Below, in pieces: positions 12,139 through 24,148 of a stretch of 64,000 nt of DNA. This DNA comes from an uncultured Acidimicrobiia bacterium (GTDB lineage: Bacteria > Actinomycetota > Acidimicrobiia > IMCC26256 > PALSA-555). The stretch's first letter is position 1. Every line of letters begins with the position of its first letter. The DNA is taken from the NCBI GenBank assembly GCA_963809885.1, contig CAWELA010000003.1, positions 576,123-640,122 of the forward strand. Direction: 5' to 3'. The notes below the pieces were generated by a model. That model had not been told where the DNA came from, searched no databases, and was given only the letters and a program-made list of their open reading frames with translations. Made by a program: the position numbers and the translations under genes.

Positions 12139-13380
12139 GTGGGCCAGTCCGGGTTCGTCGACGAGGTGCAGGTCAACCTCCGTGGTGGTGACGGCGGTGC
12201 CGGCGCGGTCGCGTTCCGGCGCGAGGCCCACGTCCCCAAGGGCGGCCCCGACGGTGGCGACGGTGGCTCCGGAGGCGACGTCGTGCTCCGGGCCGACCGC
12301 AACACCTCGTCGCTGCTCGCGTTCCGCGATCATCCCCACCGCCGCGCCCGCTCGGGCACGCACGGCTCCGGGCAGAAGCGGCATGGAGCGCGCGGCGACG
12401 ATCTGGTCGTGAGCGTCCCGGAAGGCACCGTCGTCCGAACCCGCGACGGTGACGTCCTCGCCGACCTCGTCACCCACGGTGACACCTACGTCGCGGCGCG
12501 GGGCGGTCAGGGCGGGAAGGGCAACGCCCGCTTCCTCTCGAACGTCCGCCGAGCTCCGAGCTTCGCCGAGCAGGGCGAGTACGGCGAGGAGCATTGGCTC
12601 CGCCTCGAGGTGAAGCTCCTCGCGGACGCTGCGCTCGTCGGCTTCCCCAACGCGGGGAAGTCCACCCTCATCTCGGTCGTCAGCGCCGCGAAGCCGAAGA
12701 TCGCCGCCTACCCGTTCACCACCCTCGAGCCGCACCTCGGGGTGGTCCGCTTCGGCGAGCACGAGTTCGTGATCGCCGACATCCCGGGCCTCATCGAAGG
12801 CGCGGCGGAAGGGCGCGGCCTCGGGCACCAGTTCCTTCGCCACGTCGAGCGCGCCCGCGTCCTCGTGCTGCTCATCGACCTCGCGAGCGTCGAGGAGCTG
12901 AGCCCGGCCGAGCAGGAGCGCATCCTGCTGGAGGAGCTCGGGCAGTACCGGCCGGAGCTGCTCGACCGTCCGCGCCTGGTCGTCGGGACGAAGTCCGATG
13001 TCGCGACCGTCGAGTTCGGCGGGCCGACGCTCTCGGCGGTCACCCGGGAAGGCCTGGATCGCTTCCTCGGGAGCCTCGCGACCCTGATCGAGGGCGCACG
13101 GGCCGCCGAGCCCGAGACCGAGGGCTTCGTCGTGCTCCGACCCCAGGAGACGGGCTTCTCGATCATCCGCGACGACGACGGCGCGTACCGCGTGACCGGC
13201 AGGGTGGCCGAGCGCGTCGTGGCCATGGCCGACCTCACGAACCTCGAGGCGCTCGCCTACGTCCACGAGCGCTTCCGCCGCATGGGGGTCGAGCGGGCCC
13301 TCGAACGCGCCGGCGCCCACGAGGGCGACACCGTCCGCATCGGGACGGTCGAGCTCGAGTACGTGGAGGGCTTCGGGTGA
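12139..13380 (+). CDS. obgE: GTPase ObgE/CgtA
   Basis: [30 protein letters not shown]; C-terminal OCT-like domain. Confidence 0.97.
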   Translation: MGQSGFVDEVQVNLRGGDGGAGAVAFRREAHVPKGGPDGGDGGSGGDVVLRADRNTSSLLAFRDHPHRRARSGTHGSGQKRHGARGDDLVVSVPEGTVVRTRDGDVLADLVTHGDTYVAARGGQGGKGNARFLSNVRRAPSFAEQGEYGEEHWLRLEVKLLADAALVGFPNAGKSTLISVVSAAKPKIAAYPFTTLEPHLGVVRFGEHEFVIADIPGLIEGAAEGRGLGHQFLRHVERARVLVLLIDLASVEELSPAEQERILLEELGQYRPELLDRPRLVVGTKSDVATVEFGGPTLSAVTREGLDRFLGSLATLIEGARAAEPETEGFVVLRPQETGFSIIRDDDGAYRVTGRVAERVVAMADLTNLEALAYVHERFRRMGVERALERAGAHEGDTVRIGTVELEYVEGFG

Positions 13381-14480
13381 CCCCGGGCGGACGCACGATC
13401 GCGGTCGTCAAGGTCGGGACGTCGTCGATCACACAGCCGAGCGGTGCATTCGACGACGAACGCCTGGAGAAGCTGTGCGCCGAGATCGCGGCGGTGCGCG
13501 CCGACGGGCACGAAGTGGTGGTCGTGTTGTCGGGCGCGATCGCCGCGGGGCTCCCCGTGCTGGGGCTCACCGGCCGGCCGTCGGACATCGGGACGCTCCA
13601 GGCTGCATCGGCCGTCGGGCAGCCGCGCCTGATGGAGCGCACGGGCGCGATCCTCGGCGGGCACGGCCTCGTCGCGGGCCAGGTCCTGCTCACCCCGCAC
13701 GACTTCGGGCACCGCTCCCAGTACCTCCATGCCCGCGAGACCCTTCGTCGCCTGCTCGATCTCGGCGTGGTCCCGATCGTGAACGAGAACGACACGGTCG
13801 CCGACGACGAGATCCGGTACGGCGACAACGACCGTCTCGGGGCGCTCGTCTCCCACCTGGTCGGGGCCGACGTGCTGGTGCTGCTCACCGACACCGAAGG
13901 CCTCTACACGGCCGATCCGCGTCTGGATGCCGGCGCGTCGCTCATCGAGGAGATCGTCGAGGTCGACGATGCACTCGAGGCGGTCGCGGGTGGTACCGGC
14001 AGCGAGCGGGGGAGCGGCGGCATGGCGAGCAAGCTCGCCGCGGCGAAGATCGCGGCGTGGTCCGGGGTGCGCGTCGTGATCGCAGCCGCCGACGCGCCGG
14101 GAGTCGTACGCGACGCGGTGGCGGGTCGCACCGTCGGCACCTCGGTGCGGGCGCGCGACGAGCGGCTCCCGTCTCGAAAGCTCTGGATCGCGTTCGGTCT
14201 CGGCGCGTCGGGCCGGATCGTGGTCGACTCCGGGGCCCGCCGCGCGTTGACGGGCGAGGGGCGCTCGCTGCTGGCCGCCGGTGTCCGGGGGGTCGAGGGG
14301 GGCTTCGACGTCGACGACGCGGTCGAGGTCGTGACCGACGACGGCGTCGCGTTCGCGAAGGGGTTGGTGCGCTACGCGTCGAGCGACCTCCGGGCCGTCG
14401 CCGGGCGCCAGACCTCCGAGCTCCCCGAGGGCGCGCCCCACGAGGTCATCCACCGGGACGACCTCGTCGTGCTGCCCTGA
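13377..14480 (+). CDS. proB: Glutamate 5-kinase
   Basis: [33 protein letters not shown]; C-terminal PUA domain (IHRDDL). Confidence 0.96.
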   Translation: MTPGGRTIAVVKVGTSSITQPSGAFDDERLEKLCAEIAAVRADGHEVVVVLSGAIAAGLPVLGLTGRPSDIGTLQAASAVGQPRLMERTGAILGGHGLVAGQVLLTPHDFGHRSQYLHARETLRRLLDLGVVPIVNENDTVADDEIRYGDNDRLGALVSHLVGADVLVLLTDTEGLYTADPRLDAGASLIEEIVEVDDALEAVAGGTGSERGSGGMASKLAAAKIAAWSGVRVVIAAADAPGVVRDAVAGRTVGTSVRARDERLPSRKLWIAFGLGASGRIVVDSGARRALTGEGRSLLAAGVRGVEGGFDVDDAVEVVTDDGVAFAKGLVRYASSDLRAVAGRQTSELPEGAPHEVIHRDDLVVLP

Positions 14481-14548
14481 GTGCGTCCCGAGCAGCCCGG
14501 ATCCACCCCTTGCGTCGGAGCGTGACGTCGGACACACTTTCTTCCTCG

Positions 14549-14674
14549 GCGACGTCGGTCGACGGGGGGAGGGTCATCCGTTCTTCGGGGGCCCGACACG
14601 GCCGACTCGTCACGGGAGGGTGCGAGGCCAGCGCCGGCGGTTCGTCCGCAACGGCGCGGCCTCGCCCCCACCCG
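14549..14674. ncRNA. Candidate structured non-coding element in proB-proA spacer
   Basis: Multi-stem pairing seen by eye, including a long rod GCGAGGCC/GGCCTCGC, GCGCCG/CGGCGC, GCGG/CCGC; no family recognised. Confidence 0.3.
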
Positions 14675-14761
14675 AACTCACCTGGTCCGCGCGCCTCCCG
14701 ACGGGGTCCGTACACCCAATCCCCAGAAGGCCCGGAGCGGTCAGGGCGTACACTCGCTCGC

Positions 14762-16009
14762 ATGTCGACGGACACCCAGGAGCTCGGGCGGCGCGCCCGC
14801 GACGCTTCCCGTGCGTTGGCCACCGCCTCGACCGCCGCGAAGGACGACGCGTTGTTCGCGGCCGCCGACCTCCTGGTCGACCGCACGGCCGAGCTGCTGG
14901 AGGCGAACGGCGTCGACGTCGAGGCTGCCCATGCCGAGGGCATGGAAGCCGCGCCCCTGGACCGGCTCCGCCTCACGAGTGCCCGAATCGAGGGCATGGC
15001 CGCCGGCCTGCGGCAGGTCGCCGGCCTGGCCGACCCGGTCGGCGAGGTCCTCGACGGCGTCCGGCGCCCGAACGGGCTCGAGATCCAGCGGGTGCGGGTC
15101 CCGCTGGGCGTCGTCGCGGTGATCTACGAGAACCGCCCGAACGTCACCAGCGATGCGGCCGGGATCTGCCTCAAGTCGGGCAACGCGGCGCTGCTGCGCG
15201 GTTCCTCGACCGCGCTGCGCTCGAACCAGGCGATCGCCGCGATCCTGCGTGACGGTGTCGCCAAGGTCGGGCTGCCGGCCGACGCAGTGCTGCTCGTCGA
15301 GGACACGTCGCACGAGACCGCCGTCGAGTTCATGCAGCTCGACGAGTACGTCGACTGCCTCATCCCCCGCGGTGGACCGTCCCTGATCCGCAGCATCCGC
15401 GAGAACGCGACGGTGCCGGTCATCATCGACGGCGACGGAAACTGCCACGTGTACGTCGACGCCGCCGCCGATCTCGAAGAGGCGCTCGACATCGTCGTGA
15501 GCTCCAAGACGAGTCGCCCGGGCGTCTGCAACGCGGCCGAGTCGCTCGTGGTCCACGACGCGATCGCCGACGCGTTCCTCCCGAGGGTGGGACAGGCGCT
15601 CGTCGACGCAGGGGTCGAGCTCGTCGGTGACGACGGCGCCCGGGCCCGGTTCCCGATGGGTGCGGCCACCGACGACGACTTCGCCCGCGAGTTCCTCGCC
15701 CTGAAGATGAGCGTCGCGATGGTCCCGTCGCTCGACGACGCGATCGCCCACGTCAACCGCTTCGGGAGCGGCCACACCGAGGCCATCGTGACCCGCGACC
15801 TCGACGCGGCTCGCACGTTCACCCGGGAGGTCGACGCCGCGGTCGTCATCGTCAACGCGTCGACGAGGTTCACTGACGGCGAACGCTTCGGGTTCGGCGC
15901 CGAGATCGGCATCTCGACCCAGAAGCTCCACGCGCGTGGCCCGATGGGCCTGCGCGAGCTCACCACTTACAAGTACCTCGTGTGGGGCGACGGCCAAGTC
16001 GTCTCGTAG
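14762..16009 (+). CDS. proA: Gamma-glutamyl phosphate reductase
   Basis: [59 protein letters not shown]. Confidence 0.97.
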   Translation: MSTDTQELGRRARDASRALATASTAAKDDALFAAADLLVDRTAELLEANGVDVEAAHAEGMEAAPLDRLRLTSARIEGMAAGLRQVAGLADPVGEVLDGVRRPNGLEIQRVRVPLGVVAVIYENRPNVTSDAAGICLKSGNAALLRGSSTALRSNQAIAAILRDGVAKVGLPADAVLLVEDTSHETAVEFMQLDEYVDCLIPRGGPSLIRSIRENATVPVIIDGDGNCHVYVDAAADLEEALDIVVSSKTSRPGVCNAAESLVVHDAIADAFLPRVGQALVDAGVELVGDDGARARFPMGAATDDDFAREFLALKMSVAMVPSLDDAIAHVNRFGSGHTEAIVTRDLDAARTFTREVDAAVVIVNASTRFTDGERFGFGAEIGISTQKLHARGPMGLRELTTYKYLVWGDGQVVS

Positions 16010-16028
16010 ACCGGAAGCAGGCACCCCC

Positions 16029-16943
16029 GTGGCAGAACGGTTCGCATCGGTCGGCGAGGTCGTCGACCGTCTCCGCAGCGTCGACTACCTCGCCGACGCC
16101 AACATCGCCGGCGTCGTCTACCTCGCCGACAAGCTCGAGAAGCCGGTCCTCGTCGAGGGTCCCGCGGGCGTCGGGAAGACGGAGCTCGCGAAGGCGATCG
16201 CGCTCGTGACCGGCTCCCGACTCATCCGGCTCCAGTGTTACGAGGGGCTCGACGAGGCCAAGGCGCTCTACGAGTGGAACTACAAGAAGCAGCTGCTGCG
16301 GATCCAGGCCGACCGTGAGCACGAGTCGGACTGGGCCGAGGTCGAGTCCGACATCTTCTCGGAGCAGTTCCTCCTCACCCGGCCGTTGCTCGAGGCGATC
16401 CGCTCCGAGGAGCCCGTGGTGCTGCTCATCGACGAGGTCGACCGCGTGGAGATCGAGACCGAGGCGCTGCTCCTCGAGGTCCTGTCGGACTTCCAGGTCT
16501 CGATCCCCGAGCTCGGCACGATCAAGGGGACGCAACGTCCGATCGTGATCCTGACCTCGAACAACACCCGCGAGCTCTCCGAGGCGTTGAAGCGTCGCTG
16601 CCTCTACCTGCACGTCGACTACCCGGACCTCGGCCGGGAGAAGGACATCGTCCGGGTTCGCGTCCCCGAGATCGACGACGAGCTCGCCGAGCAGGTCTCC
16701 CGGGTCGTCCGCTCGATCCGTGAGCTCGACCTGAAGAAGGCGCCGTCGATCTCCGAGACGATCGACTGGGCCCGCACGCTGCTGTTCCTGGGCCGCGACG
16801 AGGTGTCGCCGGAGGTGATCGGCGAGACGCTCCACGTGCTCCTGAAGTACCAGTCCGACATCGTGAAGGCACGCAAGGAGCTGGTCCCCGAGGACCCGCC
16901 GAACGGCGGCGTCAAGGGAGTCACGGCGAAGAGCAAGGCCTAG
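16029..16943 (+). CDS. MoxR family AAA+ ATPase (CoxD-like)
   Basis: EGPAGVGKTE, RLQCYEGLDEAKALYEWNY, LLIDEVDR, TSNNTRELSEALKRRC. Confidence 0.92.
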   Translation: MAERFASVGEVVDRLRSVDYLADANIAGVVYLADKLEKPVLVEGPAGVGKTELAKAIALVTGSRLIRLQCYEGLDEAKALYEWNYKKQLLRIQADREHESDWAEVESDIFSEQFLLTRPLLEAIRSEEPVVLLIDEVDRVEIETEALLLEVLSDFQVSIPELGTIKGTQRPIVILTSNNTRELSEALKRRCLYLHVDYPDLGREKDIVRVRVPEIDDELAEQVSRVVRSIRELDLKKAPSISETIDWARTLLFLGRDEVSPEVIGETLHVLLKYQSDIVKARKELVPEDPPNGGVKGVTAKSKA

Positions 16944-16952
16944 GAGCCCGGG

Positions 16953-18367
16953 GTGCTCGACGTCCTGCAGGGGTTCGTCCACGAGCTCCGGGCGGCCGGT
17001 CTGCCCGTCTCGATGACCGAGAACCTCGACGCGATGCGCGCGGTCGAGCACGTCGACATCGCGGACCGCGACGTGTTCAAGGCCGTGCTCGGCGCGACGC
17101 TCGTCAAGCACCACAACCACTGGGGCGCGTTCGAGACGGTCTTCGACGTGTACTTCTCGCTGTGGTCCCCGGGCGTCGACAGTGACGAGGGGGGCGAGCT
17201 CGACGACGCGTGGCAGGCGATGCTCGCCGACGCGGCGGCGCGGGTGCCGGTGGGGAGATGAGTCCTGAGGAGCTCGCCCAGATGCTCCTCGACGCGCTGA
17301 TGTCCATGGATCGCGACGCGTTGCGCCAGCTCGCGGCGAACGCGGTGACGATGTTCGCGGGGATGGAGCCCGGTCGCCCCGTGGGGGGCACCTACTACCT
17401 CTACCGCACGCTGCGGCAGCTCGACCTCGACGACCTCGGCGCCCGGATGATGGGCCGGGCGCGTGAGCAGGGTCCCATCGGCGACGACCTCGGTGAGCGC
17501 CTGCAGCAGGAGGAGTTCGACAGCCGCCTCAAGGAGCTCAAGGAGCTCGTCGAGGCGGAGATCCGGCGGCGCCTCGTCGCCGACCGTGGCGTCGAGGCGA
17601 TGGCACGCACGCTGCGCAAGCCGCTGCCCGAGGACGTCGACTTCATGCACGCATCGCGCGACGAGATGATCGCCCTCCAGCGGGCGATCTACCCGCTGAC
17701 GCGTGCGCTCGCGGCGCGGCTCGCGCAGCGACGCAAGCGTCGTCACCGTGGCCAGCTCGACTTCCGCAAGACCGTGCGTGCGTCGCTGTCCTACGGCGGC
17801 GTGCCGGCCGAGCCGAAGTTCCGGAACCCGCATCCGTCGAAGCCCGAGATCATGGTCGTCGCCGACATCTCGGGGTCGGTCGCGAGCTTCGCCCGCTTCA
17901 CGCTGCAGTTCGTCTACGCGATGGCGAGTCAGTTCTCGAAGGTCCGTTCGTGGGTGTTCATCGACGGGATCGACGAGATCACCCGCTTCTTCCAGGAGTC
18001 CGACGACGTGCTCGAGGCGGTGCACCGCGTCAACACCGAGGCCGACGTCGTGTGGGTCGACGGGCACTCCGACTACGGCCATGCGCTCGAGGTGTTCCAC
18101 GACCGGCACCTCAACGAGATCACCCCGAAGACGTCGGTCATCCTGCTCGGCGACGCGCGCAACAACTACCACGCGCCCCAGGCCTGGGTCGTCGACGCGA
18201 TCCGCAAGCGTGGGAAGCACGTCTACTGGCTGAACCCCGAGCCACGCGGGTACTGGGACACCGGTGACTCGGTGATCTCCGAGTACGCCCCGTACTGCGA
18301 CGGCATCTACGAGTGCCGCAACCTGCGCCATCTCGAGCAGTTCGTCACCACCATCGCCGAAGGCTGA
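16953..18367 (+). CDS. vWA domain protein, CoxE-like (one frameshift)
   Basis: FVHELRAAGLPVS, LDFRKTVRASL, MIDAS DISGS, ILLGDARNN, WLNPEP. Confidence 0.88.
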
Positions 18368-18404
18368 GCCCGCGAGCCCGACCGTTCGTCCCTACGATGC
18401 GCCC

Positions 18405-21400
18405 GTGGAATGCGGCGCGTGCGGGCACGAGAACCGAGAGGGCGCGCGGTTCTGTGACTCGTGCGGCGGGAGCCTCCTCGCCGCCGAGACGGCGCACCCG
18501 ACCCCTGACCGTCTCGGGAGCGGCCGGTACCGGGTGGAGCGTCTGCTCGGCGAGGGAACCCGCAAGCGCGTGTACCTGGCGCACGACGAGCGCCTCGATC
18601 GGGATGTCGCGGTCGCCGTCATCAAGACCGAGGGGCTCGACGACGCCGGCAGGCACCGCATCGACCGTGAGGCGCGGGCCATGGCGCGCCTGGGCGACCA
18701 CCCGAACATCGTCACGGTGTTCGACGTGGTCGAGGAGGCCGGCGACCCGCAGATCATCGCCCAGTACATGGCCGGCGGCACGCTCGGGGAGCGGCTCGCG
18801 AACGAGGACGCGGGACGCCTTCCGGTGCCCGAGGTCCTCCGGCTCGCCGAGGAGCTCGCGCTCGCGCTCGACCACGCGCACGGCCTCGGGATCGTCCATC
18901 GCGACGTCAAGCCCGCCAACGTCTGGCTGGCGACCGACGGCACGGCGAAGCTCGGAGACTTCGGGCTCGCCGCGATGGCCGACCAGTCGCGCCTCACGAC
19001 CGAGGGGATGGTGGTCGGCACCGTGGCGTACCTCGCACCCGAGCAGGCGGTCGGGCGCAACCCCGATGCGCGGGCCGATCTGTACTCGTTCGGAGTCGTG
19101 CTCTACGAGCTGCTCACCGGGCGACCGCCGTTCCTGGGCGACGACGCCGTGGCGGTCATCTCGCAGCACCTCAACACCGCACCGATCGCGACGACGTGGC
19201 ACAACCCGGACGTCCCGACCGGGCTCGACGCGCTCGGTGCTCCGATTGCTGGCCAAGGACCCCGGCGAGCGCCCCACCACGGCGGGCGAGGTCGTGGCGG
19301 AGCTGCGCCGGTTGCGTGGCATCTCGCTGGAGCCGGTCGCCGCGACCCAGCTCACGAGTGAGGCGGGACTCCTGGGCGCCGGCGACTGGCGCCGCTTCGT
19401 CGGTCGCACCGAGGAGCTCGCCGTCGCCCGCGCTGCGTGCGACGAAGCGCTCTCCGGTCGGAGTCGCCTCGTGCTCGTCGTCGGGGAGCCCGGCATCGGC
19501 AAGACCCGCCTCGTCGAGGAGGTCGCGGCGTACGCGAGCCTCCGGGGCGCGCAGGTGTGCTGGGGTCATTGTTACGAGGGTGAGGTCGGCGTCGCGCACC
19601 TCCCGTTCGTCGAGGCGTTCCGCTCCTACGTGCGGAGCCGGTCCGACGAGCAGCTCGGGACCGAGCTCGCCACCGGCGGGCCCGAGGTGGCCACGCTCGT
19701 GTCCGAGCTTCGCCAGCGTTTCCCGGATCTCCCGCCGTCGCCACCGCTGGAGGGCGACGCCGAGCGACTTCGGCTCTTCGACGGCATCGCGACCTTCCTG
19801 GCGCACGCTTCGCGCGCCGATCCCATCGTCCTCATCCTCGACGACCTCCACTGGGCCGACAAGCCGACGCTCCTCTTGCTGCAGTACCTCGCGCGCAACC
19901 TCCGCCACGAACGGGTTCTGATGATCGGCACCTACCGCGACGTCGACCTCGACCGGCAGCACCCGTTGGCCGATGCGGTCGCCACGCTCCGGCGCGAACG
20001 GCTCCACGAGCGGGTGCTGCTGCGCGGCATGGAGCGGGACGACGTGAAGGCGCTCATCGAGGCGATCAGCGAACAGGACGCGCCGGATGCATTCGCGGAC
20101 ACGATCTTCCGCGCGACCGAGGGCAACCCGTTCTTCGTCGCCGAGGTGCTCCGGCACCTCACCGAGACCGGTGCGTTGCGCCTCGTCGATGGACGCTGGG
20201 TCGGGACGCTCGAGTCGATCGAAGCGAACCTGCCCGAGGGCGTGCGCGAGGTCATCGGGCGCCGACTCGATCGGCTCTCGGAGGAGTGCAACCGCATGCT
20301 CACGGTCGCGGCCGCGATGCCCGGTGGGTTCGTGCCCGACCTCGTCGCCACCGTGACCGGCGACGGCGACGACGCGGTCCTCGACTTGCTCGACGACGCG
20401 CTCGGCGCCCAGATCGTGCGGGAGCGGCCGACTCAGGCCGGGGCCTACGAGTTCACGCACGCGCTCATCCGTCAGACCCTCTACGGGGAGCTGAGCACCC
20501 CCCGGCGAGTCCGATTGCACCGTCAGATCGGCGAGGCGCTCGAGACTCGTCAAGGTTCGCAGGGCGATGCGCTGCTCCCCGAGCTCGCGTACCACTGGTT
20601 CCAGGCTGCGCCGGGCGGCGGCGGCGCGAAAGCGGTCGAGTACTCGACCCGGGCCGGCGATCGCGCCGCCGACCAGGCGGCGCACGAGGAGGCGGCCCGG
20701 TACTACGACCAGGCGCTCCAGGCCCTCGAGCTCGACGACGGAACCGCGGTCCAGCAGCGCATGCGCCTCCTCCTGGTGCTGGGCGCTGCGCTCGACCGCG
20801 GCGGTGAGACCGAGCGGGCCGCGCGGGTCCTCGAGCGAGGTCACCGACCTCGCCCGCGTCGCAGGTGACGCCTCCCTGCTGGCCGAGGCCGCGGTCGCGC
20901 GTAGCTACGGAGCCCTCGGTGGGATGCGGGAGCCGGAGCTGGTCGCGGTACTCGAGGAAGCGATCGAGCGGCTCGGCGAGTCAGATTTCGCGCTGCGCGC
21001 GCGACTCTGCTCGCACCTCGCCGCTCTGGTGCTGTTCTTTGACGCCGAGCGGTACGACCGCCTGGCCGAGGAAGCGGTGGCTGCAGCGCGCCGCACGGAC
21101 GATCCCCTCGCGCTCGCCCGCGCGCTCCAGGCGCGCATGTGGCAGGTCCGACCGAACGAGGACGAGGCGGCGAGGCGCGAGCAGCTGTCCGAGGCGCACC
21201 GGTTCGCGGAGCTCGCGGGTGACCGGGACATGCTCTTCTCGCTCGCGGTCAGTCGGGGGACCCACGCCTTGAGCTTCGGCGACCCGCGCCTGCTCGACCT
21301 CGCGCTCGACGACGCGGACCGGCTCGCGCGGGCGGGTCGATCACCGGTACAGCTCGGGGCGGCCGCCCAGTTCCGGGGCACGGTTGCGATCCTGCGCGGC

Positions 21401-22712
21401 GAGTACGACCAGGCCGAGGCCGACGCCGAAGAGATGCTCGGCATCGGGCGGCGGTTGCAGGATCGGGGCCTGATCAGCAACTACGGCGTCACCGTCATGC
21501 CGCTCCGCCGGGAGCAGGGCCGCCTCGGTGAGTTCTTGGGGCCCACGCGGGCCATCGTCGAGGCGCTGCCGGAGATCGCGGCCTGGCGCAGCGGACTCGC
21601 TCAGCTCCTCGCGATCATCGGGGACCGGGATGGAGCACGTGCCGAGCTCGAGGTGCTGGGACGAGACCGCTTCGGTGGCATGGCGAACGACGTGAGCCGC
21701 CCCTACACGCTCGCGGCTGCGTCGGAGGCCGCCGCGCTCGTCGGGGAAGTCGAATCCTGCCGGGTGTTGCTCGAGCTGATGGAAGCGCTGGGGAGCCGTG
21801 GGGTCGGGCTCGGGCCGACCGCCTACCACGGCGTCACCGATCGGTATGTCGGGATGCTCGCACTCGCACTCGGCCGGGCCGAGGACGCCGTCAGCCACCT
21901 CGAGACGGCGATCGGCATGCTCGACGCGTTCGAGGCACGCTCGTGGGTGGCGCGCACGCGCTTCGACCTCGCTCGCGCGCTCCTCGCCCGCGATGCGGAC
22001 GGCGACCGTTCCCGGGCGCTGAGCACCCTCAACGCCTCCCTCGACGCCGCGCACGACATCGGGATGCCCGCGCTCGTCGAGGAGGTGCTCGCCATCAAGC
22101 TCGATCTGCAGGGCATCGCCTCGGGTTCGTCGCCCGACGCATCGATCGATGCGGTGGCCGCGTCGGTTTCGCGCGACCGGCCGGATCTCGACGGCGTCGC
22201 GTCCTGCCGATGGCCGGGTCACCCTGCTGTTCTCCGACATCGAGGGCTACTCCTCGATGACCGACCGGCTCGGTGATGTCGCCAGCCAGCACGTGTTGCA
22301 CGCGCACAACGAGCTGTTGCGCCGCGAGCTCGGTGCTCGTGGGGGTACCGAGGTGAAGAGCCAGGGGGACGGCTTCATGCTCGCGTTCCCGAGCGCGGCC
22401 GCGGCCGTGGACTGCGCGATCGCCATCCAGCGCGCGATCTCGGCGCACGACTTCGGCGCAGATGCCGGCGACATCCGGGTGCGGATCGGCCTGCACACGG
22501 GCCGCACGATCCGCGAGGGCGACGACTTCTTCGGACGGACCGTCATCATCGCCGCACGTGTCGCCGACGCCGCCGCGGGTGGCGAGATCTTCGCGACCGA
22601 GGACGTGCGCCTCGCCGCGCCGGACGCGGCGGCGTACGGCGACGCCCGCGAGGTGTCGCTGAAGGGGCTGTCAGGCGTCCACACGGTCGTCCCGATCGAC
22701 TGGCGGGCCTAG
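18405..22712 (+). CDS. Multidomain signalling protein: Zn ribbon - Ser/Thr kinase - STAND/AAA_16 ATPase - helical/TPR repeats - class III adenylate/guanylate cyclase (about 3 frameshifts)
   Basis: CGACG..FCDSCG; HRDVKPAN, DFG, YLAPE; GEPGIGKT, LILDDLHWAD, GNPFF, YEFTHALIR; FSDIEGY, KSQGDG, RIGLHTG, GRTVIIAARV. Confidence 0.8.
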
Positions 22713-22782
22713 CCCGACGACGAGCGATCCCGTTCTCGTGACGGAGCTGGGGGCCAGGACGACGAGATCCGTCACGAGCTCG

Positions 22783-24139
22783 TCAGGACGAGGCCACGCG
22801 CCGCGCCTTGTACTCCTCGATCGCCTCGCGGTGGTCGACGATCGGGGGCGGGTACCCGATCCGGGCGCGGGTCTCCGGGTCCGGATCGTGGACGGCCTTC
22901 CCCGGCACGTTGGCGAGCTCCTCGACGTAGCGCCGCACATAGTCGCCTTGCGGGTCGAAGCGCGTGCCCTGGACCGTCGGGTTGAAGACGCGGTGCGGGT
23001 TCGAGTCGGTTCCCGTGCCGGCCGTCCATTGCCAGTTGAGGTTGTTGTTCGCGAGGTCGCCGTCGACGAGCCAGTCGAGGAAGTGCGCCGCGCCGGCGCG
23101 CCAGTCGATGTACAGGTCCTTCGTGAGGAACGACGCGACGACCATCCGCGCCCGGTTGTGCATGAATCCCTCGCGGACGAGCTGCCGCATCCCGGCATCG
23201 ACGACCGGGAAGCCGGTTCGGCCTTCGCGCCACGCGGCCAGCGCGTCGGGATCCTCGTGCCAGTGGTCGCCCCGGTCCTTGTAGTCCTGCCACGCCGCGT
23301 CGGGTCGGGCGGCCAGCACCTGGAGGTAGAAGTCGCGCCAGCACAGCTGCCGGACGAACGGCTCGCCCCCGTCGCGGTCCCGCAGCTTCGTCGCCACCTC
23401 CAGGGGCGAGATGCACCCGAAGTGCAGGTACGCGCTCATCCGCGACGTGGCGTCGCCGGGGAGGTCGTCGTGCCGGTCGCCGTAGGTGGCGAGGCCCGAG
23501 CGCGTCCAGGCGTTGAGGCGCCGGCGGGCCTCGGTCTCGCCCCCGGGCACGACGTCGGGGGACTGCGGGCCGGGCGCGAGGTCGACCGCGTCGGGGAGGT
23601 CGATCGTTGCGATCCCGGCCGGCACGGTCACCGTGGTCGGCGTGGGCGCGAGAGGACGCCACGGGCGCGCGAGCCACTTCCGGGAGTAGGGCGTGAACAC
23701 CTTGTAGTGGTCACCCGAGGGTGGGACCACCGAACCGGGAGGCACGACCGAGAGTGCGTCGTGCCGGATGACGGCGATCCGTGCATCCTCGGCGGCGCGC
23801 TCGAGGGCCACGAGTCGTCGGCGGGCGAACACGCTGACGTCGTCGGCGAGGTGGATCTCCGTCGCGCCCGCGTTCCGTGCGAGCCCGAGCATCTCTCCGA
23901 CCCAGTCCCCACGTCGGAGGAGCAGCGAGCCGCCCCGTTCCCGGAGCGACGCATCGAGGTCGCGGAGCGACTCGACGAGGAAGGCGGCGCGATTCGGGAC
24001 GGTTGAACGAGCCGGCGAGCAGCGCGTCGTCGAACACGAACGCGGGTACGACGGCATCCGCGCCGGCGCACGCGGCCGAGAGGGCTGGGTGGTCGCGCAC
24101 CCGCAGGTCTCGGGTGAAGGCGACGACGGCCGTGGGCAC
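22783..24139 (-). CDS. phrB: Deoxyribodipyrimidine (class I CPD-type) photolyase (one frameshift)
   Basis: RDLRVRDHPAL, TSRMSAYLHFG, QLCWRDFY, GRTGFPVVDAGMRQL, MHNRARM, NNNLNWQW, RVFNP. Confidence 0.93.
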
Positions 24140-24148
24140 GGGCTCGGT

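Noticed and set aside
14446-14577. Small minus-strand ORF ([14 protein letters not shown]...) in the proB-proA spacer
   Set aside because: No motif, overlaps the proB 3' end and has no clear translation signals; RNA structure explains the region at least as well.
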